Notes under the pieces: generated by a model
Databases searched by the model: none
What the model was told of the DNA's origin: nothing
The model's input: only the letters and a program-made list of their open reading frames with translations
DNA from: Blasia pusilla
Lineage: Eukaryota
Direction: 5' to 3'
DNA: 64,000 nt
Assembly (NCBI GenBank): GCA_050084515.1
Contig: CM114271.1
Location: 46,004,001 to 46,068,000 of the forward strand
Position numbers and translations under genes: made by a program
Shown here: piece after piece, positions 62,301 to 64,000 of the stretch
How the letters are laid out: each line of letters starts with the position of its first letter
How positions within the stretch are numbered: position 1 is the stretch's first letter

Positions 62301-64000
62301 GTTAAAATATTGAATAATCCTATAAAAGTGAGTATATGAGGATTGTTAAAGAGGAACGAAATTTCATGAAATAAAATGATCTTGGAAGATGATTTTATTG
62401 AGGGAACATAAGTTTTAATAAAATAAGGGAAATTTGAATAAAAAATTTAAATTAATCAAAATATATTTGGAGCACAATTTAAACATAAGTTGAAATATTT
62501 TCATCTGAAGATAATAAAATTAATAGTTTTTATCAGAAATTGAGAAATAACTATACTATAAGAAATATGCAATAATGTACAAAAATAGTTTTGTGCTTTA
62601 TTTAGTTATTTACAACTATGAATCTTTAGAGACAAGTGTATTTATATGAACTTAGCGACTTACATGTATTTGCATCGTATACATTTTATATGTCATGCAT
62701 GCATGCAATAAAATTTAAAATTTTGGTCATGTGAAATTAATCTATCGCGATCTCATAAAACACTGAATGGTCACTCTTTTCTATTAATATATATCAAATC
62801 ATGATGCAACTCTTGTGATGAATTATGAAAATATTTTCTGAGATTATGTATTTGAATGAGGTAAAATCTTCATGTGAAGAAGTTTTTCTAAATTGCAAAT
62901 ATGTTCTAAGATCGTCAATATCATCAATCCCTAACATTACAACATACCCCCAAGAATTCCAATTTTGAAAGGTTTCCAACTTTAAGAGGACCTCATTGAG
63001 TAATAATTGATGCAATTGGAATACCTTTCAACAATTATGAGTGGATGAGAGGGAGGAAATATGTGGCATAAAAAAAAGAATGAACTCTAGTAAATCATTA
63101 AATTTTTTTCTTTGAAGGAACAAGTAAGAAGGTTTTGAGTGACTCTTATTAGAGTTGCTCAAAGCTCTAGAGTTAAGAATTATAGCTTGCTCCATCAAAC
63201 TTGAACTCATCACGGCATTTGGCTGCAAAGGATGATGACAAGTTGGAGGCATATGAATCATGAAAATAAGATCCATCATGGGTAGATTTTCCATTAACAA
63301 GCTTATTCATGGGCAAGCACACATTTTCGTGCTTGCTTCCCCATGTGTCCCTAAGTCGAAACGTAAAAGTGAGTTTGGAAGTCCCAAATTTATTTTGGCA
63401 TGAATGTCCTAGACTAAAAAATGTTTTTGGCATTGAAGGTCACATTCATAGCTTTATGCGAGAAACTATTGATGACATGCTAAAGGAAATGCCACATGCA
63501 TAGCTCTACTTACATTCTTAACAACATTATGCTCAAGGAAATGCATATGTTTAGGCTCCATGGATAAGAATGAGCTCCAAATTGTTCTTGGCGAAAACAT
63601 CCAAATTTGTAATTCAATCACCTATTGAGGCCATTTGAGATGGTGGCCTAATTGATTATCACACATATACGATTGGCAACTCCACTAGTGTGAGACCTAC
63701 TTATATCCAAATCTTGTCACTCTCTTATAATATTCTTTTCAAAGCTTTACAGGCTATTTTAACTCTAGAGCAAAATTTAATTTTTTAGTTGATCAAGCGA
63801 ACACGTGAAAGAGTTAGTGCAAAGATTTTCCACTCGCAGAATTAGGGGTTTAAGCCAATCTCATTACTGTCCCTTCAGACACTCCCCAAATTTTCCTATC
63901 CATCTAGAGTATCCACGTGTCCTCCACACGTCTTCACTCATTAATTTCTCTCCTGTGCCTCTCAAAGGGCCGTAGACTAGTTGCATGATTAAGTCCATCC

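Noticed and set aside
56400-64000. Short ORFs and possible hAT-like fragments in the AT-rich right end
   Set aside because: No supportable motifs, termini or TSDs; treated as decayed intergenic or repeat DNA.

Overview
Eukaryotic, land-plant-type genomic DNA, probably from a seed-free plant (fern, lycophyte or bryophyte; this is inference, not established). One intact host gene is visible: a two-exon WW-domain gene of the CURLY FLAG LEAF 1 (CFL1) family on the minus strand (39141-40395). It lies in a ~8.5 kb CpG-rich island surrounded by CpG-depleted, nested transposon debris. Identifiable elements are: a full-length but decayed Ty1/copia LTR retrotransposon (22310-27775, TSD ATGAT) and a solo LTR of the same family (5442-5880, TSD CAACC); a CACTA tnp2 gene split by two insertions; two solo LTRs with 4-bp TSDs inside older copia remnants, one containing a long reading frame; a degenerate Ty3/gypsy element (49336-52805); a nearly complete CRE-clade non-LTR retrotransposon (RT plus restriction-like endonuclease) about 3.4 kb upstream of the gene; and an intronless protein-kinase pseudogene. 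The least explained object is a ~5.4 kb insertion (16904-22259) with ~15-bp flanking direct repeats, a SWIM-finger coding remnant and an array of 29-bp palindromes. Coordinates were counted by eye; boundaries of degraded elements are approximate.
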